From Octopus bimaculoides (taxonomy: Eukaryota): a stretch of DNA of 64,000 nt. Under the pieces are notes generated by a model. That model had not been told where the DNA came from and did not search any database. It saw only the letters and a list, made by a program, of their open reading frames with translations. Positions 50,780 through 62,357 of this stretch are shown here, in pieces. The number at the start of each line of letters is the position of its first letter. Position 1 is the first letter of the stretch. A program made the translations under genes and the position numbers. The stretch lies in contig NC_068985.1 of the NCBI RefSeq assembly GCF_001194135.2, forward strand, positions 62,624,538-62,688,537. Direction: 5' to 3'.

Positions 50780-52370
50780 TCTAGGACTCTTGACAGGAAG
50801 AGATCCAGTTTTGATTTGAAAACACCTACATCCACTTTATGTAGGTCCCTCAGGCTCTTTGGAAGAATATTAAAAAGCTGTGGGCCCCTGAAATCCAGGC
50901 TTCATGCTTCAGTACCTGGCCCTGAAGCTTGAAGGCATTGCTGGGATCTTTGGTACTGTGCAGTGTCGACCTGTCCTGGCATTGTGTAGCTTTCAATGCC
51001 AAAATTTGGCACAATCCCTCCAGGATCTTCCAGATGTATATTATTGCACATGCCTCCCACCTTCACTCCAGGGAGTAGAGTCTTAGCTGTTTCAGCCTTT
51101 CCCAGTAGCTGATCCTCTTTGTGAAGCTTTGCTGGATTGCTTCAAGATCTGCTGTTAATTTACCACTGTGGGGTGACCATAGCTGGGAGCAGTAGTCCAG
51201 GTGGCTGAGGACGAATGTCCTCCAGCGGACCATCATGGCTTCCTTCTCTCTGGTTCTGAAGGTTCTCAGGTTCCAGCTAACCAGCCGTCTGCACTTTGTC
51301 ACCATCTTGGTAATGTGCATTCGGAAAGAGGTATCATCACTCATGTCAATATCCAGGTCTCACACTGATTTAAGTTCTGGGATTGTAATCCCCTCAGGCC
51401 AGTGTATCCTGTGAGTTTTACATTCAGTTTTGGGTGATGGTAGAAAAGGGCTTGGAACTTTCCAGCATTTAACTGGATATTATTGTTCTCAGCCCATCTG
51501 TAAATTGAGTCCAACTCCTACTGCAACATCGCTAGAGTTTTGTATTTTCTGTGAGACTTTCATATCGTCTGCATAGCTAGCAAGGGTGGCTATCCGGGCA
51601 TCTGAGGGCATATCTGAGAGGGCCACTATGAAAAGCTGTGGTCCTAAGACAGTGCCCTGTGGAATACCACTCATTATTTGTGTTTTCTTTGAGGTGGCTC
51701 AGAAAGTCACGTAACTACTCTCCAAGTTTTCCAGCTATGCTGAGATCACGCAGTTTGTGGCATATTAAACCATGATCAACTTTATCAAAAGATTTGCAAA
51801 GTCAAGGTATATTATGTCCACATTTGAGTTGTTGAGTAACTGCCTCAACACCCAGTCATAGTACTGTAGAAGCTGGATAGGCAGCTCCTACCTGGTTGAA
51901 AGCCATGCTGGGTATCACTCAGCAAGTCATTTTCTTCAAGGAATGCAATTAGTTTCCCTCTAACTATTTGTTCAATGACTTTGCTGATGCGTGAAGTAAG
52001 AGAGATAGACCTATAGGTTTTGGCATCTGCTCTGCTTCCTCCTTTATGGATTGGGCATATTATCCCCTACTTCAGTTTGCTTGTATCTTGCCATTTGCAA
52101 GAGAGCTCTGGAAGAGAATCTGTAGTGGTTTTGCCAGGGCACGTTTACACGATTTGAGGGGGACTACTGGGAAGCCAACAGGGCCAGCAGTTGAGCCTGC
52201 ATCCACCTCATCTATGGCTAGTATTGTCTTCTTCCCCAATGTCAATGTAATCCATTGTAACTGCCTTGCTGGTTATAGGTGAGGTGGCAAAGAAATCCAC
52301 TGGCTCATTTACTTGTCTATGTTGTACGGAGTGATAAACTGGTCGTTCAGTACCTCACTGATCTTGGTTG
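50780..52370 (-). mobile_element. Inverted copy of the CR1-like RT region (duplicates about 48437-49300 and continues 3' of it)
   Basis: SGIPQGTVLGPQLF, SYADDMK, LSHLDYCSQLWSP; reverse-complement match to the plus-strand copy, including shared frameshifts. Confidence 0.88.
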
Positions 52371-52377
52371 CAACTTT

Positions 52378-52701
52378 CATATCCTCTGGAAAAAGATGAG
52401 TTGTGAACATTATTCTTCTTCTAACTACTTTTACTCTTTATTCTTCTATTTTACTACTTTATTCTTCTATTTTATTCCTTATAAACTGTGAATTTTATTC
52501 CTTGTAAACTGTAAATTTTCCCAGTCTAAAATATTCGTTCCTTGTCTCTGATGATGGAATTCCCAGTGCACAGACATGCTAGCCAACCACTTGGGTAATC
52601 CTAGAAACAACTGTAAGACTTCAAATTCACCTTACCCTAATAAAATTATTCTAAATGACTTGAGATACTCATTCTGCCTTGATTTTGATTTTTCCTCTAA
52701 T
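52378..52701 (+). repeat. 324-bp direct repeat, copy 2
   Basis: Colinear with 49957-50280 at a constant offset of 2421. Confidence 0.85.
52544..52619 (+). ncRNA. Type I hammerhead ribozyme motif (family B, copy 2)
   Basis: GTCT / CTGATGA / TGGAATTCCCAGTG...CACTTGGGTAATCCTA / GAAAC-AACT-GTA / AGAC. The two-copy consensus for stem III is the palindrome ACAGCTGT. Confidence 0.75.
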
Positions 52702-52873
52702 ATAATATATACACGCTATAACAGAACCCTAACACAGATCTCTAGATCCAGCCTTAGCTGTGATCTTGGAACCTAATGGTCAACCATTTGTATCACTTAC
52801 TCAGCATATATATTCATTTAGATCACAAATGAACAAAACCTCTCATATTTTATATATATATATATATATATAT

Positions 52874-53263
52874 GGCGCAGGCGTGGCTGTGTGGTAAGAA
52901 GCTTGCTTCATAACCACATGGTTCCAGGTTCAAATTATGTGGCATCTTGGGCAAGTGTCTTCTACTATAGATTCAAGCCAACCAAATCCTTGTAAGTGAA
53001 TTTGGTAGATGGAAACGGAAAGCCCACCATATATATGTGTGTGTGCGTGTATACTATGTGCGTGTCTTTGTGTCTGTGTTTGTGCCCCACCACCACTTGA
53101 CAACCAGTGTTGTTATGTTTACATCCCCATAACTTAGCAGTTCAGCAAAAGTGATCAAGAGAATAAGCACCAGGCTTTAAAAAAATAAGCCCTAGAGTCG
53201 ATTTGTTCGACTAAAAACTCTTCCAGGCAGTGCCCCAGCATGGCTGCAGTCAAATGACTGAAA
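52874..53263 (+). mobile_element. Near full-length tRNA-derived SINE
   Basis: A-box-like TGGCTGTGTGGTAAG, B-box-like GGTTCAAA, CORE-like CTTGGGCAAGTGTCTT, internal (TG)n, and GTGCCCCAGCATGG...AATGACTGAA tail. Confidence 0.75.
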
Positions 53264-53273
53264 NNNNNNNNNN

Positions 53274-53338
53274 ATGAAGACTAATCAAATTTACGATGAC
53301 AAACGTATTTGAAGAGTCCGAAATCTAGGTACTGGATT
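53274..53338 (+). ncRNA. Type I hammerhead motif (family C, copy 1; 5' end lost in the gap)
   Basis: (nnn)ATGA-AGACT...AGTCC-GAAAT-CTAG-GTA-CTGGATT; C15.2 has changed to T. Confidence 0.65.
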
Positions 53339-53694
53339 AACTGATTCTGGGTTGTCCATTTATATAATGTTCTTCCTAGAGGTAAGGCAAAAATTTTTTT
53401 GTGTTTGCTGCCCTCACACATCTTTGCCAATAGATACACATTGAAGTTTTACTATAGCGTCATAAATGTATCAATTGCTATTTCCAGTAAACATTGGTGC
53501 TTTGTTGTACCACGCCTCTATATTTATACTTCTACCTTTATGGTGCTTTATTTTACTGGAAAGTAAATACATTTGCATTGCAATATTCTAATTTCCATTG
53601 GAAATTTTTTCACTGTTCTTGGTCTGTTAATGGCTAGGCATTCAGGCGAGTATACTGATATTGATGTAGCAACATTTGAAATATTGTCCAGGTA

Positions 53695-53769
53695 AATCCA
53701 GCTGATAAAGACTAATCAAATTTACGATGACAAACGTATTTGAAGAGTCCGAAACCTAGGTACTGGATT
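53695..53769 (+). ncRNA. Type I hammerhead motif (family C, copy 2)
   Basis: AATCCAG / CTGATAA / AGACT..TCAAAT...ATTTGA..AGTCC / GAAAC-CTAG-GTA / CTGGATT. Stem I is a perfect 7 bp and stem III is the palindrome ACCTAGGT; core G8 has changed to A. Confidence 0.75.
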
Positions 53770-55989
53770 ATCCGATTCTGGGTTGTCCATTTATATAATG
53801 TTCTTCCAAGAGGTAAGACAAATTTTTTTTTTCTGTTTGCTGCTCTCACACGTCTTTGCCAGGATGTACACATTGAAGTTTTACTATAGTGTCGTAAATG
53901 TATTGACTGCTATTTCCAGTAAACATTGCTTTGTTGTACCATTCCTCTATATTTATATATATATATATGATACATATAAAACATATTAGTAAAGTTAATT
54001 TTAACCACATTTGTTGGTCAATTCACTCAAATGTCTTGAGATTAATTTACTGCTAATTTTACAAATGTTTGTTACCTTTTGTTGAACCAACAGACTGGGC
54101 CAACTTTGCCTTTAGCATTTTATTTTTAACTGGTACCTCTTGTTCTTCAGAAACTATTTTACTGAAATGAGTTAAACATGAAAGATTAAAATTACAGATT
54201 TGTAGGAAATTAAACAGAAACACTTATGAAAGAACTTACAAACCTTTTCTTATTATTTCAACTAACAAGTCAATATTTTAGAGATATTTTTCTTCTTTGT
54301 TTTGACAGCAATAATGAAACTTCTACAGCTGACACTATCACTTGACTTCGAATATTCTAGATTTTGGTGAGATGATTACAACTGTTTAAACATTATTTTC
54401 CTAATGGATAAATTTCTAATACATTATCCTTCCATGCATCTCAACATTGTATTGAGAAAAACTTAACCTATTCTGATTATTAACCCCAATCCTTCTATAA
54501 TCTACTTGTAAATTTTTATGACTAGTACACTTGTGACTTTCTACAGTCTACATCATATTTTTTGTGATCTCATACAGTTTGCTGCTAGATTTTTGTGATA
54601 TCAACTGCTTTTTCAAGACATTTCTCTTAATATACATCATCCATTTTCACTAACTATGATGTATGTTTTCCTTATAATTCTCAAGACAATGTTTTAGATC
54701 TCAAGCAGTTTCTGAACCTATTGTATTCAGTTTACCTTGTGCACCTGACAAACTCTATTTAATCCAATATATCTGTATATTTAGTCCAATAGATTTGTAA
54801 ATTTAGCCCAACAGATTTGCATACATATATTTGAATCAATAGATTTCAGCCATAGTCATCTCCTCTAGTTTAGCCCACATTGATCCATAATTATCATCTA
54901 TTCCTACTCAAGCCACATCTTATTCAAAGCCAGTCTATCCAAGCCAAGCCATATCCCATTTAAAGCCAATCCATCTACACTGAATCAGTGAAGGCTGTGG
55001 ATATTTAGAGTCGTAGCCTACATTAATATGTTCAATTATCTGCCATAGCAATCAATTCCCCATTCAAAACATACTTATTTTGACCACTAATCAATGAATT
55101 GACAGTAAATGTCATAAGGTAATAAATAAATAAATAAATGCAGAGAAAAAGTAAAAAATATATATTTAAAGTTCATGTCAAAGTCCAATGTCAGAGTCTC
55201 CTGGCGGTGGATACAACTGAAATAAGCTGGAAGGGGCTGAGATTAGTGGACATAAAAAATATATATATAAAAATAGCTGAAGGCTTATAGAAACAATAAT
55301 ATACACAAGCCACAAAACTGTAAATTAGAAGTAAAGAAGACTGGTTTTATAGTGAAAGTGGCAACTCACATAGCAATGTGGCAATTTACATAGCAATGTA
55401 GCAATTTACTTAGCTATGGTTAATATATTTAATCAACATGTACAAGTCATTCAAAGAAATAACCAATACAACTCTTACATTTCAAGTAATTCTAATTAAT
55501 ATTCAATTGTGAAATATTAATGAAAAGATTTCCACTCAAACCACTGAATATAAACAGTGTTATTTGTTTTTGCTTTATTCAAGCTTTTGTAAACATGTTT
55601 GTTGAAATTAAGTAAAAATCTATCATCAATTGATCCATAGGATTTTAGATTTTATTTGTTTGTAATCTCATGAACTTCCATGGAGATGTTTAGTTTCATT
55701 TTCCTGTTTTGGTTACATTTTATTTTCATACAACTAAAATATTTGGTACAAACAATCATCTAAGAGAATATATATTCAAACCCTGAAAGAATTATTCAGA
55801 CATTTATATATTTTGCTTTTATCAGTCTAAAGTATCCTACTTGAATATATAATATATGCATCAAGGAATTCAAAGTATTCATAATAAAAACTTTAATTAA
55901 GTTCAGATTTGGAAATAATCTACAGCTATTCATATTTTAGATTAATTAAAATTCTAAAAAATGTCAATAAATATTTCCTTGTTACTGAC

Positions 55990-56174
55990 CAAGATTTTTT
56001 ATTGGAACTTTTCTTGGTATTCTTTGGCTTTGACATTTCTTCAAGTGGAATTTTCACATAATGTTTCTCAACTTCATTCTGGTTCTTTAGGCTGTCTCTT
56101 TCCTCGAGTGATCTTTGGTTTTCTTTCTTTGATATTAAATCCTCTGGCACCAATTCTGGGTTACATTTGATTTC
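55990..56174 (-). CDS. Host gene exon, Lys/Glu-rich cytoplasmic segment: EIKCNPELVPEDLISKKENQRSLEERDSLKNQNEVEKHYVKIPLEEMSKPKNTKKSSNKKS
   Basis: Acceptor CCTTGGCAG at phase 0 matches the TM exon's phase 0 end; only one frame is open. The donor is uncertain (TG|GTCAGT chosen; TCA|GTAACA is possible). Confidence 0.6.
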
Positions 56175-56319
56175 CTGCCAAGGTTTTAATGAATTAATAC
56201 CAAGATTCCATTAAGATGGAAGTAATTAAGACAAAAAGGAAATCTCACTTGACTTGCTAGAAAGAGCATCTAAATCTCCCTCATAGCACACCCTACTGTC
56301 TTAAGAAAATAGAAGGATA

Positions 56320-56560
56320 TGTAGTACTAAATTTTAATATATAAAGCTGAAGTTGTGTGTCTGTGTGTAGCCTTTTTAAAAGTTTATAGAAATCCACATT
56401 TTCCACTTTTTCGTGAAAATTTTTACATCAATGGAATTTTCTCGATGTGAACTTTCCAGTGCAGTAATTAGATTTTTTAAAATTCCGTTTACTTTGTGTG
56501 ATTTAAGGGAGATTTGGCTTTTATTTCTAGCAACTTTTATATTTCTTCCATTCTATCTGT
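56320..56560 (+). repeat. Possible non-autonomous Helitron-like repeat start
   Basis: ACTAAATTTTAATATATAAAGCTGAAGTTGTGTGTCTG resembles Helitron/HINE 5' ends; no 3' hairpin or CTRR end was confirmed. Confidence 0.25.
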
Positions 56561-57529
56561 ACCGGTGTTCTTACACATCAATCATGCGCTCAACATATAA
56601 TATAGAGGGTAAGAGTAAAAGAGAGAGTGAGAGAAAGTGATACATACAAAGTCAAAGATTAACTTGGTTTAAAACAATTCTTCCCTTTCTATTCTTTCAT
56701 TCTACCTACCTTTTCACTCTTACTTCATTCTTCTTCCTCTCTCCCATTTAATAGCTTTCTTCTATCCCTCTACCTCTAACTATCCACGTGACCTGGTCAT
56801 CTGGTGCTTATCGCCATTTCTCTGCTTCGACCATTATCAGTGCACATCTCTTTTTCCTCGCTTCACTTTCTCATTTCCTACACACACCAGCATCACTGTT
56901 CTTTCTTCCAAGGAATCTGGAGCTCTTAGCTTCCTTTTGCCGAAGTTGCAAAGATAATTTGTAACTAGACTGAATAAGGAATACCCCATTTCACGCGTTC
57001 ATGTTTTCGTTACATTGTCTGTCTGCATGTTCAGCGTCCTTGTCTCCTCTTAGTATTTTTTACAGATTTTTCGTAACATAGAGATGTAAAAACACACACA
57101 ACCACACATACGTGATCTGTGACAACAACATACACATAAATACATACACACATCAACATTATAGATATAAGATTTAGTTTGTGTATGTTTCTTATATAAA
57201 CACACACATGCATTGCTATTTTATAACTGTCCTTTGTTCTCCCTTCCTCTCTTTCTCTCTCTTCATTGCTCCCATTCTCTATTCCTTTCTCCCCCCCCTC
57301 TCTCTCTTTCTCTCTCCCTCTTCTCTCTCACTCTCTCAAACGCACACACGCACACGTACACACAAGCATTCACTACAATATAACTAGATCTTACCTTACT
57401 ACATGTTCGTCAATGTTTTGTAAATATACAAACTACGGAGCTTATGTAGACAGGACAACACATTGCAAATCAGTGAACTTCATTAGAAATGTGAAAACTA
57501 CCTACCCTGCCATCTGTTATAACTTTTTG

Positions 57530-57638
57530 TGACACGTAAAAGCACCCACTACACTCTCTGAGTGGTTGGCGTTAGGAAGGGCATCCAGCTCATCCAGCTG
57601 TAGAAACACTGCCAAATCAGATTGGAGCCTGGTGTAGC
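57530..57638 (+). mobile_element. (GAT)n-tailed retroposon fragment running into a gap
   Basis: GTGGTTGGCGTTAGGAAGGGCATCCAGCT core, with a small CATCCAGCT duplication. Confidence 0.7.
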
Positions 57639-59371
57639 NNNNNNNNNNNNNNNNNNNNNNNNNNNNNNNNNNNNNNNNNNNNNNNNNNNNNNNNNNNNNN
57701 NNNNNNNNNNNNNNNNNNNNNNNNNNNNNNNNNNNNNNNNNNNNNNNNNNNNNNNNNNNNNNNNNNNNNNNNNNNNNNNNNNNNNNNNNNNNNNNNNNNN
57801 NNNNNNNNNNNNNNNNNNNNNNNNNNNNNNNNNNNNNNNNNNNNNNNNNNNNNNNNNNNNNNNNNNNNNNNNNNNNNNNNNNNNNNNNNNNNNNNNNNNN
57901 NNNNNNNNNNNNNNNNNNNNNNNNNNNNNNNNNNNNNNNNNNNNNNNNNNNNNNNNNNNNNNNNNNNNNNNNNNNNNNNNNNNNNNNNNNNNNNNNNNNN
58001 NNNNNNNNNNNNNNNNNNNNNNNNNNNNNNNNNNNNNNNNNNNNNNNNNNNNNNNNNNNNNNNNNNNNNNNNNNNNNNNNNNNNNNNNNNNNNNNNNNNN
58101 NNNNNNNNNNNNNNNNNNNNNNNNNNNNNNNNNNNNNNNNNNNNNNNNNNNNNNNNNNNNNNNNNNNNNNNNNNNNNNNNNNNNNNNNNNNNNNNNNNNN
58201 NNNNNNNNNNNNNNNNNNNNNNNNNNNNNNNNNNNNNNNNNNNNNNNNNNNNNNNNNNNNNNNNNNNNNNNNNNNNNNNNNNNNNNNNNNNNNNNNNNNN
58301 NNNNNNNNNNNNNNNNNNNNNNNNNNNNNNNNNNNNNNNNNNNNNNNNNNNNNNNNNNNNNNNNNNNNNNNNNNNNNNNNNNNNNNNNNNNNNNNNNNNN
58401 NNNNNNNNNNNNNNNNNNNNNNCAGAAATTGCCGTCCTAGCTCCTGCGAAAAGGGATTATCCTGCTATGTATAATCAGGGCAGCGCAAAAAGTTGTTTTG
58501 CACACGCATTTGTATAGCCAATTAGACGGATGAAATTTATGTACACTTAATAATGTTATGCAAAACAGCCTTCAGACTTTCCCTATTAATTTCGTCGTCT
58601 TTTGAATTATGAACATATTTACATCATAAGGGTTTTTTCGTTGTAAGGCTTTCTTTTTTAGTTGATTTTCACCTAGCAAGACTTATCGTAGATGGCGTAA
58701 TAAGTCACACCCGGACAATGTCGGGTTATACTGCTAGTACAGTATACATGAAGGGGAAAATAGCAACGTCATGGTAGTACTGATTGTCACAGATCAGTCT
58801 GGGTTAATATTTATTTGCTGTTGATAGGATGGGCTTCAATGACAACATATTTATGTATATATTCATTCTCTGCAAATTTTTTCCCTGAACAATTTCTTCC
58901 TTGTGTAGAATCAATGACGATTTTTCACCTCTTTCATTCTCCACCCTGTATTCATTATAAGCTGCATTACATAACCTCATTGTATCTCTCACATAAAATT
59001 AGTAATTCTTTGATAAAATGTACATATCCAGGAATGTAAGACACTTTGGAGATCAAGCTAAGAAATGAAGGTTAATGTAAATATTACAAAAATCTTCCAT
59101 CCTTGAAGATGGGCTTTAAAAGTTCAATTAATTATAATCTTAAATTCTTTGACATAATGTAAAAAACTATAATTTAGTACTTTAATTGAAAACAAGATTA
59201 TCAGAAAATTCCAAACATTTGTTAGAGATTTTAGTCTAATGGCATCACAGGAATCTTCAGGATATTTGAATGTTGGAATTGAACTTTTAGGTGTTTATCT
59301 CTGGTCTAAACTATTTCCTCTGTTTTCATACTCTGAGCCCAATAAAAACATAATAAATATTTAAAAAATAC

Positions 59372-59559
59372 CTGTAATGAAGAAGCAAGAGAGGAGTTGA
59401 TAGGTTTTACTTCTTGAATCTTTAGAGGTGGGCGTCGGAAGCATTTAAAGAAGATAAACAGAACACACCACATGAAAAGGAGAACTACAGCAACTGATCC
59501 AAGAACAACTCCAATGATCCAGTTCTCAGAATATTTTCCATCAGGAGTTTTAAGGTAGG
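59372..59559 (-). CDS. Host gene transmembrane exon, 188 nt: YLKTPDGKYSENWIIGVVLGSVAVVLLFMWCVLFIFFKCFRRPPLKIQEVKPINSSLASSLQ
   Basis: Acceptor TTGTTTACAG, donor CAG|GTATTT; a roughly 24-residue hydrophobic helix followed by KCFRR (positive-inside rule); phase 1 to 0. Confidence 0.8.
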
Positions 59560-60399
59560 CTGTAAACAATAATAGATTAATGTTAAATTTATGGATCTTC
59601 TCTTCAAAAAGATACTTGTTGCTGTCCCTCTATCATATTTTCACTTCCCTCAATACTATCCCCCCACTCAGTTGATGGGTCATGTCTTGCAAGTTACTTA
59701 GTAACCTTACTAATAAAAGTGTCATGAAAAAAAGTACCCAGTTCACTCTGTAAAATGGTTGACATTAGGAAAGGCATCCAGCAGTTCTCATCAGTTCCTT
59801 CATGGTTTGACAGAAGCTAGTTAACCAAAGGACTGTATCATGCTCTTTTGCCTACTTCAGCATGGTTACTACCGCTGAATACTGTTTCTAATGCTTTACA
59901 GAGAGTACTGGGAGACTTTTACCAACACCTGTAAGATCATCAAGTAATATACAAGACAAAGATAAATACTCTTCAACTGAGGGAGTAGTAGTATTGAGAG
60001 AGGTGGCTTCTAGCCAGGTGATGAGAGGTTGAGCAATAATAGAGAGACAGATGCTATAGATGCAATACATGGCTACCCCAGTCAGAGAAGAGAGAGAGAG
60101 TGAATGGTGGTGAAGGTGTGCCACACCATACCCTCAAGGTACAAGGAGGTGAATTTAAGTGGAGTAGTACAGAGGATTAGGCAGAGTCAGCAAGTAAAGA
60201 ATTCATGAGAGTAAAAGATATAGGGGATGGAAGGGGAGTGCAGTAAATGGTGAACATGGGTATATAGGGAAGTGTCAGGATAGCAATGATATAGCTGGCA
60301 AAGTGAGGACAGGAGAGATATATGACAAAGTGGTGTTGGGGAGCAGGGGGTGAGGTAGAAAGACAGTAGTGCATGATGAGATGTAGTTTAGTTTATTGT

Positions 60400-60780
60400 G
60401 GGAGGGGAGAGATTAATGTAACATGGTGGAAAGCACATAATACACAGCTAAGGTACAAATTAACAACTTCCCTACATACAAAATTTATACTGGTATCACA
60501 GAAAACAGTTTCAAAACAAGGCTTAACTCACACAGAAGTTCCTTCAAATATCCTGAAAACAGGAGAACGAGCCTAGCTAAGCACATATGGCAATTAAAAG
60601 AAGTTGGCTCTACCCCTTTTAAGATATATTGGTCTATTTTAGAGAAAGCTAACTCATACAGGCATGGTTTATACTGAAATTTTATGAGATGTTCGTTGTG
60701 CTTGAGTGAAAAGCATTTTATATCATTCCAAGACAAATCTCATTGAAATACAAAACAGAACTCCTCAACTTCTGCAGACG
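60400..60780 (+). mobile_element. Penelope-like element, GIY-YIG endonuclease remnant
   Basis: KIYTGITENSFKTRLNSHRSSFKY...SLAKHIWQLK...WSILEKA...CSLCLSEKHFI. Confidence 0.8.
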
Positions 60781-60931
60781 CACATCTGGGTATCTTATAT
60801 ACTGCGATATATATATATATATATATATATTGATAGAAATGGCAAGACAACAAAAGAATGAAAGAGACCTTGATATTATGTAAATAGAGGAATTTATCTG
60901 TAAATATATGTGACAATTAAACGGTAGCCAT

Positions 60932-60992
60932 GATAAAACTCTGAGTTTTGGATGTCAGGGCGGAAACCCACGCCGGCATCTCTTCAGTTATC
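60932..60992 (-). ncRNA. Hammerhead motif family A, core-mutated
   Basis: GATAA-CTGAAGA-stem II-AAAAC-TCAGA-GTT-TTATC; G12 has changed to A. Confidence 0.65.
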
Positions 60993-61446
60993 GGGCCATC
61001 GAAAAAATGCTATGAAAATGACCGTTAAAACAAAGGGAAATTACTGTGTGATTGACCGTTATTAAGACAAAAGAGCTATTAGAATGACCGCTAAGTAAGG
61101 GGAGGGAGTAAAGGCAAAGGAGTAAAAATGTTCATAGTAATTGCGTAAGCGTGCATGTCCATACATACACATGCACGCCCACACACCCACGTACATGCAC
61201 CTATGTGTATATACTCATCCACCTTCGCTTGAAACACACACATGCTCACCCACACATTCACCAAAAAATATACACATACACGCTCGCACACACACGCATG
61301 CACAAAAAAGGTTCATACACACGTCTATATACGCACATGCACAAGAAAAAACAGGGCTAAAGACAAAATACAGAAAAATATGTAAAAAAAAGTGTAAAAA
61401 ATAAGCAATAAGAGTAAAACACGTCTATATACGCACATACTCGCAT

Positions 61447-61479
<33 letters not shown>

Positions 61480-61959
61480 TATATACACACATACCCGCAC
61501 ACATGTGCACATCCACATGCACACACATCCATATGCGCGCACAAAAAATTCCATGTATACGTCTATATACGCACAGGAAAAATGCAGGGCGGAACGTAGA
61601 AAACAAAAAAATTATGTGTAAAAAAATATATGAACAATAAAACTATAAACCAATATCTCTATAAATATGTAAAAAAATATATAAAAAATATATAAGAAAT
61701 ATAAGTAAAAAGTATTGAGATAAAAAGCTTGTATGTAGACACAATATAGATAGCAAGTCCTATCTGTAATCTCGAGGGACCAAAAAACGTAACAAATATT
61801 TAGCCACATGTGGACATGATCCAAAAAGTTCCGTTACCTTTAATCCCTCCCCTTACTTAGCAGTCATTCTAATAGCCCTTTTGTTTTAATAATGGTCAAT
61901 CACACAGTAATTTCCCTTTGCTTTAACGGTCATTTCCATAGCATTTTTTTCGATGGTCT

Positions 61960-62020
61960 GATAACTGAAGAAATGCCGGCGTGGGTTTCCGCCCCGACAT
62001 CTGAAACTCAGAGTTTTATC
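61960..62020 (+). ncRNA. Hammerhead motif family A
   Basis: GATAA-CTGAAGA-AATGCCGG...CCGACATCT-GAAAC-TCAGA-GTT-TTATC. Confidence 0.7.
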
Positions 62021-62357
62021 GTGGCTACTGAATAATTGTCACATATTATAAAGAATAAAAAGTTTTGAATGGTACAACAATGCACTATAATACAAAAAAA
62101 ATGGACTCTATACCTGTTGTAATTTAGTTATCTATAGTCCGATGATATTTCGGAATACAATTCCTTCTTCAGATATTCTTAGATACTTCATCTGCACTGT
62201 TGTACCATTCAAAACTTTTTATTCTTTACAAACAATACACAATGCTTCAAGCGAACTACAATACTCTCCTGTCACATATTATATTTATTTATATATATAT
62301 ATATCAATCGTCGTCATCGTCCGCTTTCCATACTGGCATGGTATATATACACATATA

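Larger units (their letters stand above)
53274..53945 (+). repeat. 431-bp tandem repeat (about 1.6 units) with a hammerhead in each unit; non-LTR retrozyme-like
   Basis: 53274-53510 matches 53705-53945 at a period of 431. Confidence 0.8.
60830..62047. mobile_element. Penelope-associated repeat unit (minus strand, 60830-61830) plus an inverted partial copy (61849-62047)
   Basis: About 200-bp inverted arms at 60907-61104 and 61849-62047; homologous to 3160-4040. Confidence 0.7.

Noticed and set aside
55700-55730. Short similarity to the start of the 56174 exon (AAAT.AAATGTAACC)
   Set aside because: It is too short and AT-rich, with no compatible open frame or splice sites.
61091-61824. Cys/Val- or His/Thr-rich ORFs on both strands (also 3231-4242)
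   Set aside because: They are translations of (CA)n/(TG)n/(TA)n-rich repeats.
62138-62175. Minus-strand CTGAAGA-AGGAAT...ATTCC-GAAAT hammerhead-like core
   Set aside because: No stem I pairing could be found, so it is not called a ribozyme.
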